Of a DNA stretch of 64,000 nt, positions 11,513-21,607 are shown piece by piece. The stretch's first letter is position 1, and every line of letters starts with the position of its first letter. The stretch comes from Candidatus Poseidoniaceae archaeon. Lineage in GTDB: Archaea; Thermoplasmatota; Poseidoniia; Poseidoniales; Poseidoniaceae. The notes beneath the pieces are model-generated. The model searched no databases, was not told where the DNA came from, and saw only the letters and a list, made by a program, of their open reading frames with translations. The DNA is taken from NCBI GenBank assembly GCA_949373095.1, contig CASIBY010000005.1, positions 110,955-174,954 of the forward strand, written 5' to 3'. Both the position numbers and the translations under genes were made by a program.

Positions 11513-14479
11513 TCAAATATCGTCAAGTTGTTCGAGTAATTCGAGGTCGTCATCATCATCTTGGGCAACCACCGGTTCCGGCATGGAATCTTCCGAATCA
11601 GTCAACTCCTCTTGGAACAATTCCTCCGTCTTTTTATCCGGAATAACTGCGTGAAAGTGATCCGTTGGCTGTTTCCTGCCTCGGCGGGCAGCGTAGAGCA
11701 AGAGCCCGCCCAGAATCACATAGAACACCATGGTCTGGGGCTCGGGATTGATCAATTCACCAAACAAGCAGGATGCACCGGTACATTCGGTCACATACTG
11801 GAACGTGAAAGTTTGTTCAAACTCCTCGGCGTAGGGCGTTTCGTTATTCATTGGAGTAACTTTGAATTCAAACCCAATTGAAGCGCTGTCCTTTAGAGAA
11901 TCAGGTGCTGTCAATCTAAGGCTGAAATCCTTGCTTTCGTAGGCAGAAAGTTTCACGATAATGAAATTCCGACCTAGTTGATTGGATGTTGCACTGATTG
12001 CTCCCTCCCAGCCAAGTGGTTCTTCCAAAAGAATCACCACATCAAGTTCAACGTTGTTTTGATTGGTAATCTTGAACTCCAAGTTCTTCTCTTCCCCTGA
12101 CGAGAACCGAGATGCTTCGGACTTTGCTGTGATCTCAAGCCTACCCGGGACCACATCTTCTTTGATGATGACCTTAACTGGAAGATCGAAATACCTTGGC
12201 TCATTTTCTTCCTCTACACCTTCCTCAATAATTCGGGTGTAAACGATGTGCTCTCCAGCCTCAACTTGTCCGTTCAGCTGGATACCAAGTCGGAGATCTA
12301 CATATTCATCAGCAGGGAGTGTTACAATCACAATGTTGTCATTGGTGTCATTGGAGATAGTATATCCCCAAGCAGTGTATTTCGGATTGTTATCTGCGTT
12401 CCGTGACAAGTCACGAGGATTAATGATTTTCCATGTTGTTTCGGTTGTACTTGTACTTGATGAATCAGAAATGCGCACGTTGTACCACACATCTTGAGTA
12501 GGGCTTACTGGACCGACTTGACCGAGTAGATTGTCCTCACCAACACCATCACTATCGGCAATGACTTCTGCGAGAATACCAAAGGTTCGGTGCACAGTAA
12601 ACGCCACATCAGTCCTCAATTCAGAATCCTCTGTGCTTGAAAAGGCAAGCGAAAAGAGACCAATATCGAGACTTTCTCGGTCTTCGGGTGGGAACACTTG
12701 CATGCGTACTGTCAACAACTTAGTAGACCCAATATCGGTTGTCAAATGATAGATACCATCTTCGGTGAGTTCTGCTCCAGTTTGATTGGAATAAAAGCGG
12801 TACTGCCAGTCATCTGGCTGTTCTAGTACCCGAATCTTAAATGAGTCAGTATCAAACCCTGAATTGAAAACATCGATGTAGAAGTTTTCACTTCCGTTGA
12901 ATGCATCAACATAGTGCGAGAGGCCCTCGTCATAAGATTCAGGACGCGTGGAATCTGCTATTTGCTTTTGGTGTTCTTCGTCTTCATATACTGAAATGCG
13001 AGGGGGTGCAAACACATCGACCTTTTCGAAATCAATCCTTAGGTTCTTGATGGCGACTTCTTCACTTTGGCCTTGGTCGTTTGTTGCATAGACACGGGCC
13101 TCGATTTGGAGATATTCGGGGGCGTCGGATAAATCGTCTTCTGGAACATCAATCAACAACTCAGGGATAGCTGAATCGCCTCCACCGGTGAGGGTGTATG
13201 AGCCGCTGGCTTGACTCCACAAAGGTTCAGCCCATTCAATGGGAAGATTGTCTGCGATGTCAAAGACTACATCCAAACTTGATGAGGTGGATCCTGTGTG
13301 CTCAATCAAGAAATTTACTTTGCTGGTTTGACCTGGTGCATATAGTACGACATCAGGTTGATTTTGAGGAACGGTAAGATATACATCATGCTCCAAGAAT
13401 TCTAAGCCCGGGTGTTCAAAGAGAAGCGAATGGCCTTGTACATCGTTAATCTCCAAACGGACGGGATATTCACCGGAGGCTAAGCCTGAGGCTGTGTAGT
13501 TGTGAATTCCTACAAGTCCGTTATTGTCAAGTTTCAGCATGTCATCATCAAATTCTACCTCGAAAACTGAATTTGCTCCGTTGGGAGTGCTCATCACAAG
13601 CGTGACTTCTTCAATATCTTCACGGCCAAAAGCATCCCTTATTTCTACAGAAAAACGCATCTCACGGAATTCCAAACGATGATTTGGAGCCCATTCTAAT
13701 TTTTCTAAATCGTTCCAATTGCAGCCAAAGTCACCATAGCAACTGTGGACACGGACAGAGGAACCTGAAAGAGCGTTGGTCATGATTTGAAGCCGGGAAT
13801 AACCGCTTGAACTTCCGACCTTTCCATAAGCAAATTCGACGTCACAGGGGCTTTGGCCAAACCCTCCAGTGTTGTCTTCACAACTTGCTTGAGCATCAAT
13901 TCGGATTTTGAGTTGTTTGCCCTGAGGGACCACAAATCCGGACGCACCGATGTTAAATTCGACTTCAAGGACGGTCCAAGTGCAAGTATTTTGAGGAAAG
14001 GTTGAACAAGGATTTTCTAGCGGTTTACTTGCAGATGTAATCTGTACGTCGCCTGCTTTGATGGAAAATGTCACATCTGCAGTTGATCCGTCAGCACCAC
14101 TGAACTGATAATATATTGAAAGACGAGCAATGTTATTTGCTCCAGTACCGTTAACATAGAGGTTACTAATCATTTCAGCGCTTCTAAATTCAAGACCATC
14201 AATAGCGCTTCCTTCTTCTTGACCCATGTCGGGTTGGATGGTCGTTATCGAACCTTGGCCACCATAGGTGTCATTCTTTTTGTCAAGGTAGAGATCGTAG
14301 GTTTGTTGATTCGCAGTATTTCTAAAGATAACTGGTGAATCGTCCTCAAGCAATTCTATTTTATCCTCATTTGTGGCTAGGAGCACGGCGCTTGTTGAAA
14401 GAACCATCAACGCTGCCAAGAACCAAGCGACTGAGTGAGAATGGGTTGCAGATTTGCTGTACAGCATCTTGTTCACCAT
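11513..14479 (-). CDS. Large secreted, membrane-anchored protein (988 aa) with repeated beta-sandwich (NEW3/CARDB-like) modules and an acidic cytoplasmic tail
   Basis: Signal-like N-terminus; repeated N.G...D.F...P.GW motifs; C-terminal TM helix VFYVILGGLLLYAARRGRK; GGAGG RBS upstream of ATG 14479. Confidence 0.65.
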   Translation of the reverse strand: MVNKMLYSKSATHSHSVAWFLAALMVLSTSAVLLATNEDKIELLEDDSPVIFRNTANQQTYDLYLDKKNDTYGGQGSITTIQPDMGQEEGSAIDGLEFRSAEMISNLYVNGTGANNIARLSIYYQFSGADGSTADVTFSIKAGDVQITSASKPLENPCSTFPQNTCTWTVLEVEFNIGASGFVVPQGKQLKIRIDAQASCEDNTGGFGQSPCDVEFAYGKVGSSSGYSRLQIMTNALSGSSVRVHSCYGDFGCNWNDLEKLEWAPNHRLEFREMRFSVEIRDAFGREDIEEVTLVMSTPNGANSVFEVEFDDDMLKLDNNGLVGIHNYTASGLASGEYPVRLEINDVQGHSLLFEHPGLEFLEHDVYLTVPQNQPDVVLYAPGQTSKVNFLIEHTGSTSSSLDVVFDIADNLPIEWAEPLWSQASGSYTLTGGGDSAIPELLIDVPEDDLSDAPEYLQIEARVYATNDQGQSEEVAIKNLRIDFEKVDVFAPPRISVYEDEEHQKQIADSTRPESYDEGLSHYVDAFNGSENFYIDVFNSGFDTDSFKIRVLEQPDDWQYRFYSNQTGAELTEDGIYHLTTDIGSTKLLTVRMQVFPPEDRESLDIGLFSLAFSSTEDSELRTDVAFTVHRTFGILAEVIADSDGVGEDNLLGQVGPVSPTQDVWYNVRISDSSSTSTTETTWKIINPRDLSRNADNNPKYTAWGYTISNDTNDNIVIVTLPADEYVDLRLGIQLNGQVEAGEHIVYTRIIEEGVEEENEPRYFDLPVKVIIKEDVVPGRLEITAKSEASRFSSGEEKNLEFKITNQNNVELDVVILLEEPLGWEGAISATSNQLGRNFIIVKLSAYESKDFSLRLTAPDSLKDSASIGFEFKVTPMNNETPYAEEFEQTFTFQYVTECTGASCLFGELINPEPQTMVFYVILGGLLLYAARRGRKQPTDHFHAVIPDKKTEELFQEELTDSEDSMPEPVVAQDDDDDLELLEQLDDI

Positions 14480-14573
14480 GCCTCCGTGGTGCAGGGGGTG
14501 TTAAACGGTTTTGCATGGGATGCATCAACTTGAGCGATTCTAAACGAGATTACGATGAAGCCGAACGAGTTGA

Positions 14574-14657
14574 TGCAGGGGGTGGGATACGAACCCACGA
14601 ACCCATACGGGACCGGATCTTAAGCCCGGCGCCTTTGACCACCTCAGCCACCCCTGC
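14574..14657 (-). tRNA. tRNA-Leu(UAA)
   Basis: Minus strand reads GCAGGGG-TGGCTGAGGTGGTCAAAGGCG-CCGGG CTTAAGA TCCGG-long variable arm-GTGGG TTCGTAT CCCAC-CCCCTGC-A. Seven-bp acceptor stem, anticodon TAA, type II variable arm, no encoded CCA. Confidence 0.92.
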
Positions 14658-14693
14658 ATCCCAAGCGGTGGCGCCTTCCTTCTTCAATGAAAC

Positions 14694-15437
14694 TCAAGCG
14701 TCTTCAATCGACCAGCCACCATCGACATGGAGTACTTGTCCCGAAAGATGAGCTGCTCCCAGCAAGTGTTGAACTGCCGCCGCAATATCTGAGGCTTGTC
14801 CCGAACGCCCCATTGGTACTTTTTCAAGGACTTTTGTGAAATGTTCTGATTCCCACTCTGCAGCCATAATTGCCCCAGGTGCAACACAATTGACGTTTAC
14901 ATCGGGACTCAACTCCCCTGCAAGATTCAACATAAGCTGCCGCAATCCTGCTTTGCTTGAAGTATAGTGAGAAAGACCCTCCCAAGCCTTGCCCCATGAC
15001 GTGTCAACAATCCCAACAACTGAACCTCGAGCTGCTCGTAATTCCGGAAGGAATTGTTGTGTCAAAAAGTATGGAGCCTCCATGTGTAAACGGTTCAAAT
15101 TCCTGTAGGTTTCAAACGAGGTTTCTTCAAATTTAGATTGGCTATAGAACGATGCATTGTGTACGAGTCCGGAAAGGCCATGCTCCATCACAAAGTGATG
15201 ACGCTTAACCTCTTCAACCATCGATCTTAGTTGACCATCATCGGTCAAATCCGCCTGAACGATTACACCACATTGGCGATTGTTCCGAGCCTCAGCTTGT
15301 TCGAGCAGTTCTTGGGCAGCCTCCCTTGAAGAACGAACATGAACAAACACGAACCATCCGGAGTCCATGAGTCTGTTTGCCGTGGCAGCACCAAGCCGGT
15401 GGCCAGCCCCGGTAATTAGCGCAATCTTGGTGTTCAT
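14694..15437 (-). CDS. Short-chain dehydrogenase/reductase, pteridine reductase/FolM-like
   Basis: TGAGHRLG (GxxxRxG, typical of PTR1/FolM), HNAS, IVD, YTSSK (YxxxK), VNCVAPG, VDGG. Confidence 0.75.
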   Translation of the reverse strand: MNTKIALITGAGHRLGAATANRLMDSGWFVFVHVRSSREAAQELLEQAEARNNRQCGVIVQADLTDDGQLRSMVEEVKRHHFVMEHGLSGLVHNASFYSQSKFEETSFETYRNLNRLHMEAPYFLTQQFLPELRAARGSVVGIVDTSWGKAWEGLSHYTSSKAGLRQLMLNLAGELSPDVNVNCVAPGAIMAAEWESEHFTKVLEKVPMGRSGQASDIAAAVQHLLGAAHLSGQVLHVDGGWSIEDA

Positions 15438-15593
15438 AATACCAATGGCGAGGACTCAATTCATGAAACCTCGTATGAATTCACGAATCAATACCGTGGC
15501 TTCACCGACAAACCTTTGAATCACACACCTTTTTGATGGACTCCGACTGCCCCATACCAAGGAGGGAGTCGAATAGAAGGAAAACCCCTCCCA

Positions 15594-16601
15594 ATGGCCA
15601 CCTCCAAGGGCGGTTTGGAATCGCCCCCCCGTCGTCAACGACGCCTCCCCAAATGGTTCAAAACTCGCCTACCAAGCGGAGAGCAGCAGGCCATATTCAA
15701 TACCACAAAAACGGCGGTTAAGGACAACAAACTCCACACAGTGTGCGAGGAGGCACGTTGCCCGAACATTCACGATTGCTGGGCTTCAGGAGATGCAACC
15801 TTCATGATTGCCGGCCAAGAATGCACTAGAGGCTGCCGCTTCTGTGCGGTTGGGACCATCAAGAGACCTCCCGCCCTAGACCCGGAGGAACCAGCGCACC
15901 TTGCTCAAGCCGTGACTTCCATGAACTTGCGCCACGCCGTCATCACGGTAGTCAACAGAGACGACCTCCCCGACAGCGGGGCGGACCATTACAAACAGTG
16001 CATTGACGCCGTTCACACCCAAGCACCAGAGGTTACGCTTGAGCTTCTCTGTTCCGACCTTGCTGGAGACCATGTGGCTCTCGAACATTTGCTAAACGAC
16101 AGCCCTCTTGCAGTATTCGCACACAACGTCGAATGCGTTCCCCGACTTGATGCGACGGTCAGAGACGCACGGGCATCGTTCAGCCAGTCACTAGAAATCC
16201 TCAGGCAAGCCAAGGTACTGCGCCCAGACATACTCACCAAATCATCCCTCATGGTTGGGGTAGGAGAAACAGATGATGAGATTCTCGAAGCCTTAGAATT
16301 GCTGAGGGAAGCGGGAGTTGACCTCGTCACGATTGGACAATACCTCGCCCCGTCTGCGAACCACTTGACCGTTGACCGATTCCCCGAACCCGAGATGTAT
16401 GACATTTGGGCCATTCACGCCATAGAAATCGGATTTTCTGGCATTGCAAGCGGACCTTTAGTACGTTCATCCTTCAAAGCAGGCCTCCTGTACAGGAAAA
16501 CAAAGGATGCTAACAACACAGAAACAATGCCGGGTGCATATGTCCGTGTAGCCAACCACCAAACCAACCCACCGACACCCCTTAAGGTGGACCGGTCCTG
16601 A
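15594..16601 (+). CDS. lipA: Lipoyl synthase (radical SAM)
   Basis: CEEARCPNIHDC (CX4CX5C), CTRGCRFC (CX3CX2C), VNRDDL, GQYL, GPLVRSS. Confidence 0.96.
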   Translation: MATSKGGLESPPRRQRRLPKWFKTRLPSGEQQAIFNTTKTAVKDNKLHTVCEEARCPNIHDCWASGDATFMIAGQECTRGCRFCAVGTIKRPPALDPEEPAHLAQAVTSMNLRHAVITVVNRDDLPDSGADHYKQCIDAVHTQAPEVTLELLCSDLAGDHVALEHLLNDSPLAVFAHNVECVPRLDATVRDARASFSQSLEILRQAKVLRPDILTKSSLMVGVGETDDEILEALELLREAGVDLVTIGQYLAPSANHLTVDRFPEPEMYDIWAIHAIEIGFSGIASGPLVRSSFKAGLLYRKTKDANNTETMPGAYVRVANHQTNPPTPLKVDRS

Positions 16602-16610
16602 GGTGAAACA

Positions 16611-17852
16611 ATGACGGAGAGAAGTACGGTTACAACCTCGCCCTACACGATTGGGGTTGCACCATTCCGTCCCGGAGACACTCCATCCTTTGGCGACAAA
16701 TTTGTTGAACAACCGGGTGATTTGAATCGTCCAGACCCTGCAACATGTACTTCGCAAGACACTGCACCTCATGCCTCCGGCTTGGTACGCGTTCTCACCG
16801 ATGATGGTCTCGCAGTTGGAGAATGGGACCCAGGCCTTGACGCTGAAGCACTTATTCAGGGTCTTGAATACATGATGCGACTTCGAATCTTTGACGACCG
16901 AATGATCAAAATGCAGCGAACTGGAAAACTTTCGTTTTACATGCGTTCCCTTGGAGAAGAAGCCGTGGCCATTGCGCAAACAATGGCTCTTGAAGACAAC
17001 GATTGGATATTCCCTTCGTACCGACAACCTGGTGCACAATTTGTTCGTGGACGAGATATGGTCAGTATGATTTGCCACTGCATTGGAAACACCGAAGATA
17101 ACGTTCGTGGACGACAAATGCCAGTCCATTATACTTGGAAAGAAGGTCGATTCATCTCCATTTCATCACCAGTGGGAACTCAATTTTCACAGGCAGTAGG
17201 TGTGGCAATGGCCAGTGCCTACAAAGGACTTGATGAAGCTTGTATTTCGTGGCTTGGAGACGGTACATCTGCCCAGGGAGATTACCACTACGCACTCAAC
17301 TTTGCATCTACATTCAAGCCTCCTGTCATCCTCAATGTTGTCAACAACCAATGGGCTATCTCCACACACGTCTCGTTGGCTACGGGTGGGCGTACATTTG
17401 CAGAGCGTGGCCTGGCTTACGACATCCCTTCATTCCGAGTGGATGGAAATGACTTCCTCGCCCTCTACAGCGTCACAAAATGGGCCCGTGAGCGTGCTTC
17501 AGCCGGACTTGGCCCAACACACATTGAAGTGTACACCTACAGGTCTGGAGCCCACTCTTCATCGGATGACCCCTCAGCATATAGGCCTCAGAACGAAGCA
17601 GAATTTTGGCCTGGAGGCGACCCCGTAGAACGACTTCGAGCCCACCTTGTCAAAATTGGCGAATGGGATGATGTAAAGAACACAGCACTCGCTGATAAGA
17701 TCGATGCAGAGGTCATGGCTGCTTACAAGGAGGCATGTGAATTTGGAGACCTTGCAACTGGACCGTACCCCCCAGCATCAACCATCTTCACAGAGGTTTA
17801 CGAAACGGTTCCTTGGCACATTCAAGAGCAACGAGAGGAATTGGGGAAGTGA
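16611..17852 (+). CDS. bkdA1: 2-oxoacid (branched-chain, 2-oxoisovalerate-type) dehydrogenase E1 alpha subunit
   Basis: GRQMPVHY, TPP motif GDGTS...NNQWAIS, HSSSDDPSAYR; GAGGTG RBS. Confidence 0.9.
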   Translation: MTERSTVTTSPYTIGVAPFRPGDTPSFGDKFVEQPGDLNRPDPATCTSQDTAPHASGLVRVLTDDGLAVGEWDPGLDAEALIQGLEYMMRLRIFDDRMIKMQRTGKLSFYMRSLGEEAVAIAQTMALEDNDWIFPSYRQPGAQFVRGRDMVSMICHCIGNTEDNVRGRQMPVHYTWKEGRFISISSPVGTQFSQAVGVAMASAYKGLDEACISWLGDGTSAQGDYHYALNFASTFKPPVILNVVNNQWAISTHVSLATGGRTFAERGLAYDIPSFRVDGNDFLALYSVTKWARERASAGLGPTHIEVYTYRSGAHSSSDDPSAYRPQNEAEFWPGGDPVERLRAHLVKIGEWDDVKNTALADKIDAEVMAAYKEACEFGDLATGPYPPASTIFTEVYETVPWHIQEQREELGK

Positions 17853-17861
17853 GGTGTTAGC

Positions 17862-18872
17862 ATGGCAAAAATGAACATGATTGCAGCCTTAAACTCTGCA
17901 CTGAAGCACCAACTACAAAGCAATCCTAACGTTGTCATCTTCGGAGAAGACGTCGGCTATTTCGGAGGAGTATTCCGAGTGACTGCCGGGCTCCAAGAAG
18001 AATTTGGACATCACCGAGTCTTTGATTCACCTCTCGCAGAAGGCGGAATTGCAGCCATTGCAATGGGAATGGGCTTGAACGGTCTACGCCCAGTTGCTGA
18101 AATTCAATTCGCCGACTACATCTTCCCTGCATATGACCAAATTGTCAATGAAATCGCTAAACTCAGGCATCGCTCTGGGGGAGAATTCACCAGCCCTGTT
18201 ACGTTTAGAACGCCAGCAGGTGGAGGAATCAAAGGAGGACACCACCATTCACAGTCTCCCGAAGCACAATTCACGCACACACCAGGTCTCAAAGTAGTAT
18301 ATTGCTCAAATCCACGAAACGCTAAGGGGCTTCTCACAAGTGCAATTGAATGTAACGACCCAGTTATTTTCTTTGAGCCTAAGCGATGCTATCGTGGCCC
18401 ATTCTACGGAGACCCCCACAATGTGCCTACATGGAATGACCATCCAGAGGGCGAAGTGCCTGAAGAGTATTATTCAATTCCTCTTGAACAAGCCAATATC
18501 GTTCGTGAAGGCTCCGCTTGTACCGTGATTGCATGGGGCGCTATGGTCCATGTGAGCGAGCAAGCAATCAAGAACTCAGGAATTGACTGCGAACTCATAG
18601 ACTTACAGACCTTAGTCCCATGGGACCGCGATACTGTCGTCAATTCGGTGAAGAAGACTGGACGCTGTGTCATTGTTCATGAAGCACCAAAGACCAGTGG
18701 ATTTGGGGCTGAAATGAGCGCTTCGATTCAAGAACGTTGCTTCTACCATCTTGAGGCACCGATTCAAAGAGTAACAGGCTGGGACACACCGTTCCCGCAC
18801 ACAACAGAATGGGATTACCTTCCAAGTCCGTCGAGGATTGCAGAAGCCATAAAGAAAACACAGGAGGAATAA
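17862..18872 (+). CDS. bkdA2: 2-oxoacid dehydrogenase E1 beta subunit
   Basis: GEDVGYFGGVFR, EIQFADY, HHSQSPE, FFEPK, GWDTPFP. Confidence 0.92.
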   Translation: MAKMNMIAALNSALKHQLQSNPNVVIFGEDVGYFGGVFRVTAGLQEEFGHHRVFDSPLAEGGIAAIAMGMGLNGLRPVAEIQFADYIFPAYDQIVNEIAKLRHRSGGEFTSPVTFRTPAGGGIKGGHHHSQSPEAQFTHTPGLKVVYCSNPRNAKGLLTSAIECNDPVIFFEPKRCYRGPFYGDPHNVPTWNDHPEGEVPEEYYSIPLEQANIVREGSACTVIAWGAMVHVSEQAIKNSGIDCELIDLQTLVPWDRDTVVNSVKKTGRCVIVHEAPKTSGFGAEMSASIQERCFYHLEAPIQRVTGWDTPFPHTTEWDYLPSPSRIAEAIKKTQEE

Positions 18873-18874
18873 AC

Positions 18875-20152
18875 ATGGGAACATTTGAATTTAAACTACC
18901 AGATATCGGAGAAGGCGTCGTTGAAGGAGAAATCGTAGAATGGCTGGTTGCCGTTGGTGACAGCATCAAGGAAGACGACCCAATTCTCTCAGTGATGACA
19001 GATAAAGCAACTGTTGAGATCCCCGCACCTTGTGAAGGAACCGTCAAAAGCATGGTTGGAGAAGCTGGTGACATCCTCCCTGTAGGCGCTGTTTGTATCG
19101 TTTTCGAAGTTGATGGAGATGGTAATGCAAGCGAAGAAAAGGCCTCGGAACCTGCTCCTGCGAAGGAAGAGAAACCTGCAGAGAAGGCGGCAATTGAAAC
19201 ACCTGCAGCACCAACACTCCCACCAGTTGAAGCCGCTCCGGCAGCAGCCCCTATTACTCGCGCAGCAGGAACAAAAGCACTCGCTTCACCCGCAGTCCGC
19301 CAACGAGCTCGCTCAGCAAACGTAGACTTGCAACATGTTGCAGGTTCTGGACCTGCTGGACGTATCAGTCATGCAGACCTTGACCGACACATCGCAGGCG
19401 GTGCATCTGGTGCTTCATCTGCTCGCCCAATGGGTGGCTCAGCAAAAGTAGAACGAAACGGAACTGAAGACATCAAAGTCATCGGTCTTCGCAGGAAGAT
19501 TGCTGATGGAATGATGTCCTCTTACAGTACCATTCCTCACTTTTCATACTTTGAAGAAGTGGACGTTACCGCTTTGGAAGAACTGCGCCAGCACCTCAAT
19601 GCAACACGTCCTGAAGGTGCTCCGAAACTCACGTATCTGCCCTTTATTATGCAAGCATTGGTCAAGGCATTGGAACAACGCCCAGAATGCAATGCATTGT
19701 ATGATGACGAGGCAAATGTCGTAACCCGACACGAAGCCATCAATCTGGGCATTGCAACCCAAACTGACAGAGGGCTCTATGTTCCTGTTGTCAAGCATGT
19801 TGAAGCAATGGATATTTGGACTTCTGCAGCGGAAATGGTACGCGTAACCTCAGCGACTCGAGATGGAAAAGCCGGTGTTGAGGAACTAAGCGGCTCAACC
19901 TTTACCATCACCAGCCTAGGACGGCTAGGTGGACTTGGTGCAACACCTATCATCAACAAACCAGAGGTCGGAATCCTCGGAGTTCACAATGCAAAGGACC
20001 GTGCTGTCGTGCGCAATGGACACGTTGTTGTTCGCCGAATGATGAACCTCTCTTCTTCATGGGATCACCGTGTTGTTGACGGCCATGATGGCGCTACTCT
20101 CGTTCAGTTGGTTAAAACTTACTTAGAGAACCCCGCTACAATTTTTATGTGA
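18875..20152 (+). CDS. bkdB: Dihydrolipoamide acyltransferase E2
   Basis: One lipoyl domain (LPDIGEG...TDKA), Ala/Pro linker, E3-binding ASPAVR...GSGPAGRI, catalytic DHRVVDG. Start moved to ATG 18875 after GGAGG. Confidence 0.93.
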   Translation: MGTFEFKLPDIGEGVVEGEIVEWLVAVGDSIKEDDPILSVMTDKATVEIPAPCEGTVKSMVGEAGDILPVGAVCIVFEVDGDGNASEEKASEPAPAKEEKPAEKAAIETPAAPTLPPVEAAPAAAPITRAAGTKALASPAVRQRARSANVDLQHVAGSGPAGRISHADLDRHIAGGASGASSARPMGGSAKVERNGTEDIKVIGLRRKIADGMMSSYSTIPHFSYFEEVDVTALEELRQHLNATRPEGAPKLTYLPFIMQALVKALEQRPECNALYDDEANVVTRHEAINLGIATQTDRGLYVPVVKHVEAMDIWTSAAEMVRVTSATRDGKAGVEELSGSTFTITSLGRLGGLGATPIINKPEVGILGVHNAKDRAVVRNGHVVVRRMMNLSSSWDHRVVDGHDGATLVQLVKTYLENPATIFM

Positions 20153-20161
20153 GGTGATGAT

Positions 20162-21592
20162 GTGAAAACAAAGCAATGCCAAGTACTTGTTATCGGAGCT
20201 GGACCTGGAGGATATGTTTCAGCCATTCGTTCAGCGCAACTCGGATTAAAAACCATCATCGTTGAAGGAGAACGTGCTGGAGGCACCTGTCTCATTCGTG
20301 GATGTATTCCTTCAAAGGCACTCATTCATGCAGCACACACCTTCCACAATCTTGCAAAGCATGCAAAGAAGGACGGCCACATGGGAATTTCAATCCCAAG
20401 CCCGGCTGAACTCAACATGGCCAACCTAGTAGGTTGGAAGGAAGGTATCGTCGACCGTCTCAACAAAGGAGTTGAGGCCCTCTTGAAGAATGCTGGAGCA
20501 GAATTGATTACCGGATGGGCCACGTTTGAGGATGCAAAAACGGTAAAGATTGGAGAAGGCAAAGATGCAACCCTAATCCAAGCTGAACATGTCATCATGG
20601 CGCAAGGCTCGGTACCAATTGAACTTCCATTCATGCCCTACAACGACCATGTGATCTCATCTCGTAATGCCCTCTTACTTGAGGAACTACCAGAACATGT
20701 CGTCATCGTTGGCGGAGGTTACATTGGCTTGGAATTGGGAATCACCTTCCGTATGCTCGGTTCAAAAGTAACTGTTGTTGAGGCAATGGATTCAGTCCTA
20801 CCTCTCTTCGATAAAGAACTCCGACGCCCTCTTGAGTTATTCTTGAAGAAAAACAAAATCAAGGTTCACACGGGTGTATTTGCAAAAGGTTCAGAGGAAA
20901 CAAAAGACGGAAAAGTACAGCTGAATTTCATTGACAAGGACGAGAAAGATGATTCAAAGATGCAACATGTTGTTGCGGACAAGGTTCTAGTAACGGTTGG
21001 CAGAAAACCTTCTTCAACCGGTCTTGAAGCCACAGGTGTAGCACTTGACGAACGTGGGTTTGTCAAGGTAAACGACCGCTGTGAAACCAACATGAAAGGG
21101 GTTTACGCAATTGGAGACTTGTCCAACCTCGGTGAAATGCTCGCCCACGTCGCTTCCTTCCAGGGAGAAATGGTTGCTGAACTTATTGCCGGACATCGTC
21201 GCGTATATGACCCAGTTGCAGTCCCAGCCATTGTGTTCACAGAACCTGAAATTGTCTCTGTCGGACTCTCTCCAGACCAAGCAAAAGAAGCAGGCCACCC
21301 GATTATTACCGGAAAGTTCCCGCTTGGAGCCAACGGCCGAGCCTTAACACAAGAGGCTGAAAAATCCGCAGGTTTCATCCGAGTCGTGGCCCGTGAAGAC
21401 GACCATCGTATCTTGGGAATCCAAGGCGTAGGTACTCACATCAGTGAGTTGGTTGGAGAATGGACGCTTGCTCTAGAGATGGGTGCTGTACTCGAGGATA
21501 TCGCACATACAATTCATGCTCACCCAACCATGACCGAAATGACCCACGAAGGAGTTCTTGACACTCTGGGCCATGCAATTCACAAGATGTGA
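20162..21592 (+). CDS. lpdA: Dihydrolipoamide dehydrogenase E3
   Basis: GAGPGG, GGTCLIRGCIPSK redox disulfide, GGGYIGLE, HAHPTMTE. Confidence 0.95.
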   Translation: MKTKQCQVLVIGAGPGGYVSAIRSAQLGLKTIIVEGERAGGTCLIRGCIPSKALIHAAHTFHNLAKHAKKDGHMGISIPSPAELNMANLVGWKEGIVDRLNKGVEALLKNAGAELITGWATFEDAKTVKIGEGKDATLIQAEHVIMAQGSVPIELPFMPYNDHVISSRNALLLEELPEHVVIVGGGYIGLELGITFRMLGSKVTVVEAMDSVLPLFDKELRRPLELFLKKNKIKVHTGVFAKGSEETKDGKVQLNFIDKDEKDDSKMQHVVADKVLVTVGRKPSSTGLEATGVALDERGFVKVNDRCETNMKGVYAIGDLSNLGEMLAHVASFQGEMVAELIAGHRRVYDPVAVPAIVFTEPEIVSVGLSPDQAKEAGHPIITGKFPLGANGRALTQEAEKSAGFIRVVAREDDHRILGIQGVGTHISELVGEWTLALEMGAVLEDIAHTIHAHPTMTEMTHEGVLDTLGHAIHKM

Positions 21593-21607
21593 AGTGGCTC
21601 TTCGGAT

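Noticed and set aside
2517..14657. Integrated mobile element or provirus downstream of tRNA-Leu
   Set aside because: No integrase, transposase or viral genes. The only att-like repeat I found is 84 bp from the tRNA and does not bracket these genes.
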